Below, piece by piece: positions 1-9,188 of a DNA stretch of 64,000 nt (positions are counted from its first letter, which is position 1; each line of letters opens with the position of its first letter). The notes below the pieces were generated by a model. That model was not told the DNA's origin and made no database searches. It saw nothing but the letters and a program-made list of their open reading frames with translations. Location of the stretch: NCBI GenBank assembly GCA_014763665.1, contig JACXUY010000001.1:2598-66597 (forward strand), read 5' to 3'. The position numbers and the translations under genes are program-made. Source of the stretch: Gammaproteobacteria bacterium. GTDB taxonomy: Bacteria > Pseudomonadota > Gammaproteobacteria > Thiomicrospirales > Thiomicrospiraceae.

Positions 1-102
1 CGTTTAGGTGGACAAACGGGCGATGCATTGGGTGCGGGTATCGAGCTAAGTGAAAGTGTGACGCTATTGTTATTGCTAATAATTATTCAGAGTATGGTGT
101 AG
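1..102 (+). CDS. 3' end of a CDS cut by the window edge; C-terminus resembles CobS (adenosylcobinamide-GDP ribazoletransferase) family
   Basis: Frame 1 reads RLGGQTGDALGAGIELSESVTLLLLLIIIQSMV and stops at TAG 100-102. GGxTGDxxGA followed by a hydrophobic tail matches what I recall of CobS C-termini. Only 33 codons are visible. Confidence 0.3.
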   Translation, partial: RLGGQTGDALGAGIELSESVTLLLLLIIIQSMV

Positions 103-108
103 GAAGAA

Positions 109-921
109 GTGAGTATGATGACTTATCAAACCATTGATCCCGTTGCCCTTGATTTGGGTGTGGTGCAGGTGCGCTGGTATGGGTTAATGTATTTAATCGG
201 TTTTTTGAGCGCTTGGTATTATGGCACGGTGCGAACCCGTGATAGCTGGCGCAATTGGAATAAGGATCAAGTAAGCGATTTACTCTTCTACTGTGCTTTG
301 GGTGTCATTTTGGGAGGACGGTTAGGCTATATTTTCTTTTATGATTTTGCGCACTACATCAGTCAGCCATTGGATATGTTAAAGATTTGGCAGGGCGGAA
401 TGTCCTTTCATGGTGGCTTACTGGGTGTGATTACCACGGTTTGGCTTTATGGACGCAAGATTAATAAGTCCTTGCTCGAAATTACCGACTTTATTGCGCC
501 TTTTGTGACCATCGGTTTGTTTTTTGGCCGTATTGGTAATTACATTAACAGTGAGTTGTGGGGCAAGGTGGCGCCAGTGGATAGTCCTTTGGCGATGCTG
601 GTTTACGATCACAGCCTTCAAACTTTAGTGCCGAAATATCCAACGCAATTATTAGAAGCTCTGTTAGAAGGGCTGGTATTAGGCGTCATTCTTTGGTGGT
701 ATTCGCGACAACAACGCGGTATTGGCGCGGTTTCGGGACTTTTCTTATTAGGCTATGGTTCTTTACGTTTCTTGGTCGAGTTTTGGCGTATGCCTGATGC
801 TCAGTTGGGTTATCTGGCGTGGGATTGGTTAACCATGGGTCAAATTCTCTGTTTGCCAATGATTGCTGGCGGACTCTTCTTAATCTTTTTCTGGAGTAAG
901 CGTCATGCAACAGTATCATGA
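109..921 (+). CDS. lgt: Phosphatidylglycerol-prolipoprotein diacylglyceryl transferase
   Basis: 270 aa polytopic membrane protein. It has [34 protein letters not shown] and [14 protein letters not shown] motifs typical of Lgt. lgt-thyA adjacency matches E. coli. Start uncertain (GTG 109, ATG 115 or 118). Confidence 0.93.
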   Translation: MSMMTYQTIDPVALDLGVVQVRWYGLMYLIGFLSAWYYGTVRTRDSWRNWNKDQVSDLLFYCALGVILGGRLGYIFFYDFAHYISQPLDMLKIWQGGMSFHGGLLGVITTVWLYGRKINKSLLEITDFIAPFVTIGLFFGRIGNYINSELWGKVAPVDSPLAMLVYDHSLQTLVPKYPTQLLEALLEGLVLGVILWWYSRQQRGIGAVSGLFLLGYGSLRFLVEFWRMPDAQLGYLAWDWLTMGQILCLPMIAGGLFLIFFWSKRHATVS

Positions 922-1738
922 TTTGTTACGCTTAATTTTGGCGCAAGGCTCAGCCAAAGATGATCGCACGGGTACGGGCACCATCGGTGTGTTTGGTCAC
1001 CAAATGCGGTTTAACTTGCAACAGGGTTTTCCGCTGTTAACGACGAAAAAACTGCATTGGAAATCGATTGCCATTGAATTGTTGTGGTTCTTACGTGGTG
1101 ATACCAATATTGCTTATTTGAAAGAACATGGCGTGCGTATCTGGGATGAGTGGGCGACACCAGATGGTGAATTAGGCCCTTTATATGGCAAACAATGGAC
1201 GCGTTGGGCAACCCCGGATGGTCGAGAGTTGAATCAAATTGCGCAAGTGATTGAACAAATCAAAACACGTCCTAACAGCCGTCGTTTGATTGTGTCGGCT
1301 TGGAATCCAGCTGATTTGCCCGATGAACGTATTTCACCGCAAGCGAATGTGGAGCAAGGTCGCATGGCCCTAGCCGCCTGTCATGCCTTATTTCAATTTC
1401 AAGTGAGCGATGGCAAGCTAAATTGCCAACTGTATCAACGCAGTGCCGATGTTTTTTTGGGCGTTCCTTTTAATATTGCAAGCTATGCGTTGTTAACGCA
1501 TATGATTGCGCAGCAGTGCGATTTGCAGGTGGGGGATTTTGTCTGGACGGGGGGTGATGTGCATTTATACCGTAACACCATCGAGCAGGCAAAGTTGCAA
1601 TTAACGCGCGAACCTTACTCTCTACCAACCCTTAAAATTTTGCGCAAACCTAACAGTATTTTTGACTATCAGTTTGACGATTTTGTTATCGAAAATTATC
1701 AAGCACATCCGCATATCTCGGCTAAGGTGGCTGTATGA
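905..1738 (+). CDS. thyA: Thymidylate synthase
   Basis: 277 aa with [40 protein letters not shown] and DVHLY motifs. Overlaps the lgt 3' end by 17 nt. Confidence 0.96.
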   Translation: MQQYHDLLRLILAQGSAKDDRTGTGTIGVFGHQMRFNLQQGFPLLTTKKLHWKSIAIELLWFLRGDTNIAYLKEHGVRIWDEWATPDGELGPLYGKQWTRWATPDGRELNQIAQVIEQIKTRPNSRRLIVSAWNPADLPDERISPQANVEQGRMALAACHALFQFQVSDGKLNCQLYQRSADVFLGVPFNIASYALLTHMIAQQCDLQVGDFVWTGGDVHLYRNTIEQAKLQLTREPYSLPTLKILRKPNSIFDYQFDDFVIENYQAHPHISAKVAV

Positions 1739-2259
1739 TGGTTTCACTGATTGCTGCCATGGATGAAAATAGGGCTATTGGTTTCAATAATAAATTGCCG
1801 TGGCATTTACCCGATGATCTCAAGTTTTTCAAGGCTTCTACGCAGGGTGGCGTGGTGGTGATGGGGCGCAAGACCTTTGAATCTTTAGGCTGTCGTCCTT
1901 TGCCGAATCGCCGCAACATTGTGCTGACCCGCCAAATGCAATGGACGCATGAAAGCATCGAAGTGGCACATGATTGGCATCAACTTTATAACGAATTGAT
2001 GTTGCAAGGATTAGCTAGAGTATGGATTATCGGTGGTGGAGAAATTTACGCTAGTTGTCTTGAGCAGGCGACTGAATTAGTATTAACTCAAGTTGCAATG
2101 CGTTTAACCCAGGCGGACGCTTGGTTTCCTGTGTGGGATGTCGAACAATGGCATTGTGTGAGCGATCTGCATCACGATGCGGATGAGCGTCATGCTTATT
2201 CATTTAATTGGCAGCGCTGGCAACGAAAACCTAAAAAATACCACAACAATAAAAGATAA
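1735..2259 (+). CDS. folA: Dihydrofolate reductase
   Basis: 174 aa with [40 protein letters not shown] and IIGGGEIY motifs. ATGA start/stop overlap with thyA. Confidence 0.93.
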   Translation: MMVSLIAAMDENRAIGFNNKLPWHLPDDLKFFKASTQGGVVVMGRKTFESLGCRPLPNRRNIVLTRQMQWTHESIEVAHDWHQLYNELMLQGLARVWIIGGGEIYASCLEQATELVLTQVAMRLTQADAWFPVWDVEQWHCVSDLHHDADERHAYSFNWQRWQRKPKKYHNNKR

Positions 2260-2273
2260 TATTAGGAAAGTTC

Positions 2274-4382
2274 ATGAAGATTAAAGGTAAGTTTACGCTG
2301 GCTTTCGCTAGTGTGTTTGTGTTGGTTGCTGTGGGTTCGGCCACGACGCTCGTCATGAACACAAAAGTCGAATCACATGTCAATCAAATGTTGAACGAAC
2401 ATCGAGTTAAATATGATCTCGCTCGCCAGATACAATACGAGGCGGCTGTTCGTGCCGAAGTGCAGCGTAATCTCGTCATCATGACAGACGCCAAAAAACA
2501 AGCGCAAGAGCGACAAAAGATGCGTGATTCTGCAGATCGGTATGGAGAGCGCTTGAAACAATTGTCTGAATTGCCGCTTTCTGCACAAGAAGCAGAAATG
2601 ATTGATAAAATTCGTGCCAATGGTGCAGAAACCTATACTGCTTTGGGTGAGTTCTTGAGTAACTTGGATGCGGACATGAAAGAAGAAGCGGTTGATGTGC
2701 TTTATGGGTCGATGCGAGATATTCAACTGAGATTTTTTAAGCTGATTGATGAGTTTACCGAAATTCAAGAGCAGAAACTGAGACAGTCTGAGCAAGATCT
2801 GGCCGCTGAGATTGAATTTGCTAATGCCTTGCAGTTTATTTTGGCTACGTTGATGGCGATTTTTGTGAGCATTGTTGGTGTACTGCTAACCCGTTCTATT
2901 GCAAGCCCGATTACTGCTCTGACCGATAAGATGCGTGAAATCGCTGCCAGTGCCGATTTTACGCAGCGTCTAGCCTTAGGTAAACGTAATGATGAGCTGG
3001 GAGAGAGTGCACAAGCCTTTAATGCATTGATTGCGCAAGTTGGGCAGTCGTTGAGTGAAGTGAATCAAGTGGTTCACGGTTTGGCGACCGGTGACTTTAG
3101 TCAGCGTGTGCATGGGCAGTTATCGGGTGATTTATTGCATCTAAAAGATAAAGTGAATGAGTCGGTTGATGCCATTTCTGCCAGTATGGGCTGTTTAACT
3201 AATGCGCTTACAGCGTTGCAGCAGGGGGATTTTAGGGTTTATACCGTCAATGAACGCTTGTCTGGTCGCTATCGTGAGCTGGTTCAATTGAGTATGGATA
3301 CAGCGGGTCGATTGGATGCGGTGGTTTCCGATGTTAATCGCACCATGTACGCTTTAGTTGCTGGTCAATTTAGTGCGCGAGTTAGCGCCGATGCCCAAGG
3401 GGATTTAGGAAGGTTAAGCGATAGCATTAACCAAATGGCGGATGGACTATCTAAAGCAGTGAACGATGTTTTGCAATTGGCTCAAGCACTGTCACAAGGA
3501 TGTGTTGCCGCGCGTATGCAAGGTCAGTACCTGGGTGAGTTGAATGACATTGCTGTAGCGATGAATCAGGGTATGGAGCGCGTACAGTCGAGTTTGATGG
3601 AAATCGCACAGGCTGCGCAGATCGTTGAGCAAGCCAGTCATGAAGTGTCCTCGGGTAATGAACACTTCTCGCATCGCAGTCACGAGCAAGCGGTGGATTT
3701 ACAAAATGCGCTCTTGTCGATGCGCCAAGTGTTGGCGTTATTGCAAAGTAACGTCAAACAGACGGAGCAAGGTCGTCAATTAGCTGCAGATACCTTAACT
3801 GCTTCTGAAGCAGGCGTGATTAAGATGAATCATACGGTGCAGGCGATGCAAGATATTCGTCAAGCGAATGAAAAAATTACCGGTATCCTTGGCTTAATTG
3901 ATTCGATTGCTTTTCAAACCAACTTATTGGCCTTGAATGCTGCGGTTGAAGCAGCGCGTGCGGGTGAACATGGGCGAGGCTTTGCTGTCGTGGCCAGCGA
4001 GGTGCGTGCACTGGCACAAAAATCGGCACAAGCAGCGCAGGAGATTAAGGATGTTGTGCAACATTCGATTGAAAAAACAGCGACTGGTGATGCTCTGGTA
4101 GCGGAAACAGTGAAAGCCTTTCAAGCGATTGAAGTGCGTTTACGAGAAACGGATCAAGCTATCGAGCGTATTGCTCAGGGTACCAGTGAGCAGCGCAATA
4201 GTATGGAACTGATCGGCTCTAAAATGCACGAGATGGACGAACGCACTCAACAAAATGATGCTTTAATCAGTGAAATTTCCAACACAGCCAATACCTTGCG
4301 AGAACAAGCTTCGGAAATGTTAGCGCGTGTGCAAGTATTTGATTTGGGTCAGAATCAAGGATCAGTTAAGCGCTTAACTTAG
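2274..4382 (+). CDS. Methyl-accepting chemotaxis protein with a periplasmic helical sensor domain and a multi-HAMP array
   Basis: 702 aa. TM1 is at about aa 8-27 and TM2 at about aa 187-205. The conserved MCP hairpin tip is ITGILGLIDSIAFQTNLLALNAAVEAARAGEHGRGFAVVASEVRALA. Repeated HAMP-like units lie between TM2 and the signalling domain. Confidence 0.92.
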   Translation: MKIKGKFTLAFASVFVLVAVGSATTLVMNTKVESHVNQMLNEHRVKYDLARQIQYEAAVRAEVQRNLVIMTDAKKQAQERQKMRDSADRYGERLKQLSELPLSAQEAEMIDKIRANGAETYTALGEFLSNLDADMKEEAVDVLYGSMRDIQLRFFKLIDEFTEIQEQKLRQSEQDLAAEIEFANALQFILATLMAIFVSIVGVLLTRSIASPITALTDKMREIAASADFTQRLALGKRNDELGESAQAFNALIAQVGQSLSEVNQVVHGLATGDFSQRVHGQLSGDLLHLKDKVNESVDAISASMGCLTNALTALQQGDFRVYTVNERLSGRYRELVQLSMDTAGRLDAVVSDVNRTMYALVAGQFSARVSADAQGDLGRLSDSINQMADGLSKAVNDVLQLAQALSQGCVAARMQGQYLGELNDIAVAMNQGMERVQSSLMEIAQAAQIVEQASHEVSSGNEHFSHRSHEQAVDLQNALLSMRQVLALLQSNVKQTEQGRQLAADTLTASEAGVIKMNHTVQAMQDIRQANEKITGILGLIDSIAFQTNLLALNAAVEAARAGEHGRGFAVVASEVRALAQKSAQAAQEIKDVVQHSIEKTATGDALVAETVKAFQAIEVRLRETDQAIERIAQGTSEQRNSMELIGSKMHEMDERTQQNDALISEISNTANTLREQASEMLARVQVFDLGQNQGSVKRLT

Positions 4383-4433
4383 TTTGCGAAAAGACCGAAT
4401 GTTAAACGCGCGCTGCTGTTGGTCTGATGCTCA

Positions 4434-4973
4434 TTAAGCATTTGGCTGACTGTTACGAGCTTCACTTGCTTCAGGATAAAGCCTTTGTAATTGTGTCATT
4501 AAGAAGCTGGGATCTTTTTGTTGAAGCCGCTTAATGGCACGAATGTAATCGTCAATTTCTACTTGTCCCTGTTTGCTTAGTTTATAAAACAGGCGACGGT
4601 AGTTTTGTTTAGCGAGTAAAGGCTTAAACCAAGGTAAAAATCCTTGCTCTCCCTCTAATTCATTTATGTAAGCCAATACTTGGTCTGTTGCTGCTTTTTG
4701 CCATTGTACATCCCATAAGTGATAAGCGTAACCTACCAGCAAGGCCAGAGCCGATCCTCCAACAAAGCCCCAAATCATGCTACCTAAATTTAGGCCAATG
4801 GCAACGCCAGCTAATAAAATCAGCACGGTCACTGGGATAATGAAGAAGTTGAGATCTTTTCCAGACCTTAACTGAATGAGCTGTTGTTGAACATCCAAGC
4901 GAGGCAGTTCAACCGCAGCCAGCTTCGCGAGCAATTCATGAACATTAGGTGGCGTTTGTTGTTTTGAGCGCAT
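4434..4973 (-). CDS. Hypothetical inner-membrane protein (two predicted TM helices), last gene of the lptD-apaH gene string
   Basis: 179 aa ORF, 3 nt downstream of apaH on the same strand. Hydrophobic segments are FFIIPVTVLILLAGVAIGL and MIWGFVGGSALALLVGYAY. I recognise no family motif. Confidence 0.6.
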   Translation of the reverse strand: MRSKQQTPPNVHELLAKLAAVELPRLDVQQQLIQLRSGKDLNFFIIPVTVLILLAGVAIGLNLGSMIWGFVGGSALALLVGYAYHLWDVQWQKAATDQVLAYINELEGEQGFLPWFKPLLAKQNYRRLFYKLSKQGQVEIDDYIRAIKRLQQKDPSFLMTQLQRLYPEASEARNSQPNA

Positions 4974-4976
4974 AAC

Positions 4977-5846
4977 CTAAACCTTTCCTGGTTTGGCATA
5001 TTGAGGGCAATCAATGCTGGTGAATTCATTCGTTTCTAAACAGAGTGCAGTCAGTGCTTTACCCCACAAACAGCCACTGTCTAAACACACTGCATTGGGG
5101 TGAGGTGCGAGATGGGTGTCTTGACTGAGTGTTGACCAATGACCAAATAAAATGCGTCCACAGCTTTCATCAACACGTGGCCAACTAAACCAAGGCGCAT
5201 AACCGGCTGGGGCTTGATTGGGCGATAGTTTGTGTTTGAACTCAAGGCGACCATCAGCCTGACACAAGCGCATACGCGCGAAGTTATTAATGGCATAACG
5301 CAGTTGGCCGATTTCACCATCAGCCTCACTTTCATGCGCTGGCTCGTTGCCATAGAGGTGGTGATGCACAAAGGCTTGCCAATCATCGGCTTGCAAGCGC
5401 TGCTCGATGGCCTTGGCCATGCGTTGCGCCTGCGCCAACGACCATTGAGGTACGATACCCGCATGTACCAAGGTGGTGTTCACATCGTCTAAGCGAATGA
5501 GCAGGGGGCGATGGCGTAACCAGTCGAGCAAAAGATTTCGGTCAGGAGCTTGCAGAATGGGTATCAGTGTGTCGCTTGCTTTATGATGGCGCTCGTTGCC
5601 AGTGGCGACGGCGAGCAAATGTAAATCGTGATTACCGAGTACACTGGTCACATTCGGTGTGTGCGCCGCCCAACGTAAGCACTCCAACGATTGTGGGCCT
5701 CGATTGATAATGTCGCCTAATAAATACACATGGTCATGACCTTCGCGAAAACCCACTTTGGTCAGCAGTGCTTCTAGGCTGTCATAACAACCTTGTAAAT
5801 CGCCAATGATGTAGCGTTTGTTATCGCTGCTCGCAATGCTACGCAT
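4977..5846 (-). CDS. apaH: Bis(5'-nucleosyl)-tetraphosphatase, symmetrical
   Basis: 289 aa with calcineurin-like metallophosphatase motifs: IGDLQGCYD, LGDIINRGP, GNHD, VHAG and FGHW. Conserved apaG-apaH context. Confidence 0.93.
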   Translation of the reverse strand: MRSIASSDNKRYIIGDLQGCYDSLEALLTKVGFREGHDHVYLLGDIINRGPQSLECLRWAAHTPNVTSVLGNHDLHLLAVATGNERHHKASDTLIPILQAPDRNLLLDWLRHRPLLIRLDDVNTTLVHAGIVPQWSLAQAQRMAKAIEQRLQADDWQAFVHHHLYGNEPAHESEADGEIGQLRYAINNFARMRLCQADGRLEFKHKLSPNQAPAGYAPWFSWPRVDESCGRILFGHWSTLSQDTHLAPHPNAVCLDSGCLWGKALTALCLETNEFTSIDCPQYAKPGKV

Positions 5847-5847
5847 T

Positions 5848-6237
5848 TTAATGCAGTGTCCTTGGGATACTTAACAAGAAAGGGGCAATAGGCGCACGAT
5901 AAGCGTGGCCTTGTGTGTCTTCGAACACATAGTAGCCTTCCATCTGACCATAGGGCGTGCTGAGTTGTGCGCCTGAGGCGTAAATAAAGCCTTCGTTAGG
6001 TGCTAGTGTGGGTTGTTGACCCACAACGCCGGCTCCTTGCACCACTTCGACCTTTTGGTTGTCATCGGTAATTTGCCAATAGCGACGACGCAGTGTCATG
6101 GGTTCTTTGCCATCGTTACGAAGGGTAATTTGATAAGCAAACGTGTACCTGTGCTGCATCGGAAGTGATTGTTCAGGCAAGTAGTATGTTTCTACCGCGA
6201 TATGAATAGGCGCTATGGGAAGGTAATAATCACTCAT
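5848..6237 (-). CDS. apaG: ApaG (DUF525) protein
   Basis: Translation [24 protein letters not shown]...WQITDDNQKVEVVQGAGVVGQQPTL is ApaG-like. I prefer ATG 6237 (129 aa) over the ORF-track start 6270, which would overlap rsmA by 41 nt. Confidence 0.88.
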   Translation of the reverse strand: MSDYYLPIAPIHIAVETYYLPEQSLPMQHRYTFAYQITLRNDGKEPMTLRRRYWQITDDNQKVEVVQGAGVVGQQPTLAPNEGFIYASGAQLSTPYGQMEGYYVFEDTQGHAYRAPIAPFLLSIPRTLH

Positions 6238-7021
6238 CTTTTTGGGCACTCTCATTATCAAAAGCATCACTTAGCCGCACAAAATCGGCCACGGTTAAGA
6301 CTTCAGCTCTGTGCCCTGGCTGAATGCCACAGGCTTCGATTTGTTCAGCGCTTAACCAGCCTTTTAAGTTGTTACGCAGTGTTTTACGACGCATAGAAAA
6401 AGACTGTTTAACGATGCGAGCAAAAGTCGCTTCGCTTTTTGCCGCTGCCGGTAGCTGTTGATAAGGCACTAAACGCACCACAGCAGAATCGACTTTCGGT
6501 GGTGGATCGAAGGCCTCTGGACCAATATGGAAGAGGTCTTCAATAGCGCAGTAATATTGCGCCATGACGCTCAGGCGTCCATAGTGTTCGCCATCAACTT
6601 CACTGGCAAGGCGCTGCACCACTTCTTTTTGCAACATAAAGTGCATATCGGTAATAGCGTGGCGCGATTCGAGCAGCTTAAAAATTAGCGGCGTGGAAAT
6701 ATTGTAGGGCAGGTTGCCAACGACGCGTAAGGGGTTGGCGATACTGCCATAATCGACAGTGAGCGCATCTTGGTGGCGAATGCTAAAGTGAGTACGATAG
6801 CCATAACGTTTTTTGAGCGTCGGGATCAGATCGTTATCGATTTCTACCACAGTAAACGCAGACACTTGGTCAATTAAACGGTCGGTCAGTGCGCCTTCTC
6901 CCGGACCAATTTCCAGCATGACATCACTGGCTTGCGGTGCGATGGCGTGGGTCATGCGCTCCAGTACCGATTGATCGTGCAAAAAGTGCTGACCAAAACG
7001 TTTTTTATGTTGATGGCTCAT
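6230..7021 (-). CDS. rsmA: 16S rRNA (adenine1518/1519-N6)-dimethyltransferase
   Basis: 263 aa with [23 protein letters not shown] and NLPYNISTP motifs. pdxA-rsmA-apaG context. Confidence 0.95.
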   Translation of the reverse strand: MSHQHKKRFGQHFLHDQSVLERMTHAIAPQASDVMLEIGPGEGALTDRLIDQVSAFTVVEIDNDLIPTLKKRYGYRTHFSIRHQDALTVDYGSIANPLRVVGNLPYNISTPLIFKLLESRHAITDMHFMLQKEVVQRLASEVDGEHYGRLSVMAQYYCAIEDLFHIGPEAFDPPPKVDSAVVRLVPYQQLPAAAKSEATFARIVKQSFSMRRKTLRNNLKGWLSAEQIEACGIQPGHRAEVLTVADFVRLSDAFDNESAQKDE

Positions 7022-8040
7022 GAATTCGCCTTTGCTCGTTGTTGTGCCATGTTAATGGCTGTTTCGATGGCGTAAATAAAGCTACTGACTTCGGCTTTGC
7101 CAGTGCCTGCCAAATCGAGCGCTGTGCCGTGATCGACGCTGGTGCGCACAAAGGGTAAGCCGAGTGTTATGTTGACAGCATGACCAAATCCAACATGTTT
7201 GAGCACGCTCAAGCCTTGATCGTGATACATACTTAGAACAGCATCAGTGCGCGCTAGGTAAGGTGGGGTAAACAGGGTGTCGGCAGGCAAGGGGTTCGAA
7301 ACTTGCCAGCCTTGCGCTTGCGCCCAACGACAAACCGGTTCAATCACTTCAATTTCTTCACGTCCCAAATGACCACCTTCGCCGGCATGAGGGTTGAGTC
7401 CCGACATGAGAATGCGAGGGTGTTCAATGGCAAAATCCTGTTGCAAACTCTTGTGTAAGATGGTTAGCACTGTCTTGAGGCTGGGTTGCGTAATGGCATC
7501 GGCTACGGCGCGTAAGGGCAGGTGGGTGGTGGCGAGCGCCACACGTAAACTGGGGCAAGCCAGCATCATTACCACCGGCACATTGCCTGCTTTTTCGGCT
7601 AACCATTCGGTATGCCCAGTGAAGGGAATGCCAGCATCATTAATCACGCCTTTATGCACAGGTCCTGTAACCAGCGCTTGAAAGTTGCCTTGTGTTAGTC
7701 CATCGACCGCCGCTTGCAAGGTCGCCAACACATAAGCTGCATTAGCTGGGTTCAGCTGACCTGTGTGGCATTCAGTCGCTAAAGAAACAGGCAGTACCGT
7801 GGCTTCGCCAGCATGGCTGGGTGTGGCTGGTTGCTTGGCATCAAATGGGTGTATGCGAATCGCTTTGCCCAGCTGCGTGGCTCTGGCTTGCAACAGATCA
7901 GGGTCAACAATCATCACCAGTTGATGCGGCCAATCCTGTTGTGCGAGCGCGACGGCTAGGTCAATGCCAATGCCAGCTGGTTCGCCGGGTGTAATGGCGA
8001 TGCGTAATGCTGGTGCGGTTATGTGATTAAGTGTCGTCAC
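7018..8040 (-). CDS. pdxA: 4-hydroxythreonine-4-phosphate dehydrogenase
   Basis: 340 aa with [27 protein letters not shown] and [10 protein letters not shown] motifs. 4-nt overlap with rsmA. Confidence 0.95.
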   Translation of the reverse strand: MTTLNHITAPALRIAITPGEPAGIGIDLAVALAQQDWPHQLVMIVDPDLLQARATQLGKAIRIHPFDAKQPATPSHAGEATVLPVSLATECHTGQLNPANAAYVLATLQAAVDGLTQGNFQALVTGPVHKGVINDAGIPFTGHTEWLAEKAGNVPVVMMLACPSLRVALATTHLPLRAVADAITQPSLKTVLTILHKSLQQDFAIEHPRILMSGLNPHAGEGGHLGREEIEVIEPVCRWAQAQGWQVSNPLPADTLFTPPYLARTDAVLSMYHDQGLSVLKHVGFGHAVNITLGLPFVRTSVDHGTALDLAGTGKAEVSSFIYAIETAINMAQQRAKANS

Positions 8041-9022
8041 GTTTGTATTCAGGCGCTAAAATATTGACATAGGCTTCATCGCGCACGCGACGTAACCATT
8101 GCTCATAAAGGCTATTCCCTTTTTGCTGACGTAACACGCGAATTGCCTGTTGTTCAACGTCAGTAGGAATCGTGGTGTTGTTATTTTTTTCGATGCCATT
8201 CACTTTGACAATATGAAAACCCAAGCCACTTTGTACTGGTTCACTGATGTTACCTTCACCTAGCCCAACAATCGTGTCTTCCAAGAAACCGGGTAGTTCT
8301 GACGTTTCTAACCAGCCTAAATCTCCACCCGAAAGCGCTTTTGAGTCGGCTGAATAGCGAATGGCCAGTTGAGCAAAATCCTCACCATTCTTGAGGTTTT
8401 GCCAAATCATTTTCGCCTTTTCGCGTGTCGCAGAAATTTGCTCGGGTGTAGGTGACTCAGGCAGGGCAATGAGTAGATGTTGCACTCTATAGCGTGTATT
8501 ATCGCCTGTGTTACCCAGTTTACGATTGACGAAGTTTTTCACTTCTTCGGGTGTGACGCGAATGCGCTGTACCACTTCTTGGTTGCGCAATTCTTCGATC
8601 GATAGTTCGTCACGCACTGAATCACGTAGGCGTGTGAAACTACCCGGTTCTTGAGCTTCTAGGCGTTGACGCAAGGTGATGAGGTCTAGGTTGTTTTGCT
8701 GGGCAATCGCTTGCAAACGCTCATTCACTTCTTCATCACGAATACGAATACCGAGTTGTGATGCGAGATCCTCTTGTGCTTGTTTTAGGATCATTTGCTC
8801 TAATACTTGTTTATAAAGTTCCTGAGCAGGCGGCAATTTTACCCCTTGTGTAGACAAGTTACGCACAATGTCGCGGCTTTCATTCATCAACTCAGACTCG
8901 GTAATGACCGTACGATTAACAATCGCAATGCTCCGATCGAGTAGTTCGTCAGCCCAGGTAAGCGATGCAAAAAGATTGCTCATGAGTAGGCCAGTGATGG
9001 TGAGCAGACGGGGAGTGTTCAT
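8027..9022 (-). CDS. surA: Periplasmic chaperone SurA, short form with a single parvulin PPIase domain
   Basis: 331 aa. Signal peptide [24 protein letters not shown]. SurA N-domain, one parvulin block ([10 protein letters not shown]...GGDLGW...GFHIVKV) and a C-terminal tail. lptD-surA-pdxA context. Confidence 0.88.
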   Translation of the reverse strand: MNTPRLLTITGLLMSNLFASLTWADELLDRSIAIVNRTVITESELMNESRDIVRNLSTQGVKLPPAQELYKQVLEQMILKQAQEDLASQLGIRIRDEEVNERLQAIAQQNNLDLITLRQRLEAQEPGSFTRLRDSVRDELSIEELRNQEVVQRIRVTPEEVKNFVNRKLGNTGDNTRYRVQHLLIALPESPTPEQISATREKAKMIWQNLKNGEDFAQLAIRYSADSKALSGGDLGWLETSELPGFLEDTIVGLGEGNISEPVQSGLGFHIVKVNGIEKNNNTTIPTDVEQQAIRVLRQQKGNSLYEQWLRRVRDEAYVNILAPEYKRDDT

Positions 9023-9070
9023 GCGCTGTAAACCTCGAAATATCTAAGAAATAGTATGGGATAGGGGCAC

Positions 9071-9127
9071 GGGGGAAGGGTTGTAAGTTAGTAGCATGTG
9101 ACACCCTATTTTAATACCTTTCCACCA
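9071..9127 (+). repeat. Copy A of a 57-nt intergenic repeat core (GGGGGAAGGG...CCTTTCCACCA)
   Basis: GGGGGAAGGGTTGTAAGTTAGTAGCATGTGACACCCTATTTTAATACCTTTCCACCA. It shares its ends, its length and the flanking sequence with 36428-36484, 40489-40545 and 61957-62012. The ends are mutually complementary. Confidence 0.8.
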
Positions 9128-9188
9128 TTCAATAAACAAAACAGGGAAGTCTGAATATGAAACTAAGTGCATTATTCAGACCTTCCCT
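9128..9188 (-). terminator. Terminator-like hairpin plus U-rich tract directly after the lptD stop (part of the repeat module)
   Basis: Minus strand reads AGGGAAGGTCTGAATA-loop-TATTCAGACTTCCCT followed by GTTTTGTTTATT. The stem starts at the last A of the lptD TGA. It is homologous to the hairpin at 61897-61940. Confidence 0.55.

Noticed and set aside
2373-2795. 140-aa and 78-aa minus-strand ORFs inside the MCP gene
   Set aside because: They are antisense to a strongly supported CDS, have no start context and resemble nothing I recognise.
4383-4433. Bidirectional terminator between the MCP gene and the convergent unknown gene
   Set aside because: There is only a 7-bp stem (AGACCGA with TTGGTCT, including a G-U pair) with a loop of about 20 nt and no T-tract. 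This is too weak to call.
5081-5464. 127-aa minus-strand alternative-frame ORF and an 86-aa plus-strand ORF within apaH
   Set aside because: They overlap apaH, whose translation carries all the metallophosphatase motifs. They are shadow frames.
9071-9127. The repeat core as a tRNA-like minihelix, because it ends in a 7-bp stem followed by A-CCA (GGAAGGG...CCYTTCC-A-CCA)
   Set aside because: No copy has a T-loop (GTTCRA) or any D or anticodon arm. The stem can equally be drawn as a 10-bp terminal inverted repeat that includes the CC of the CCA. In three of four copies this strand is antisense to transcription. The resemblance is probably coincidental.
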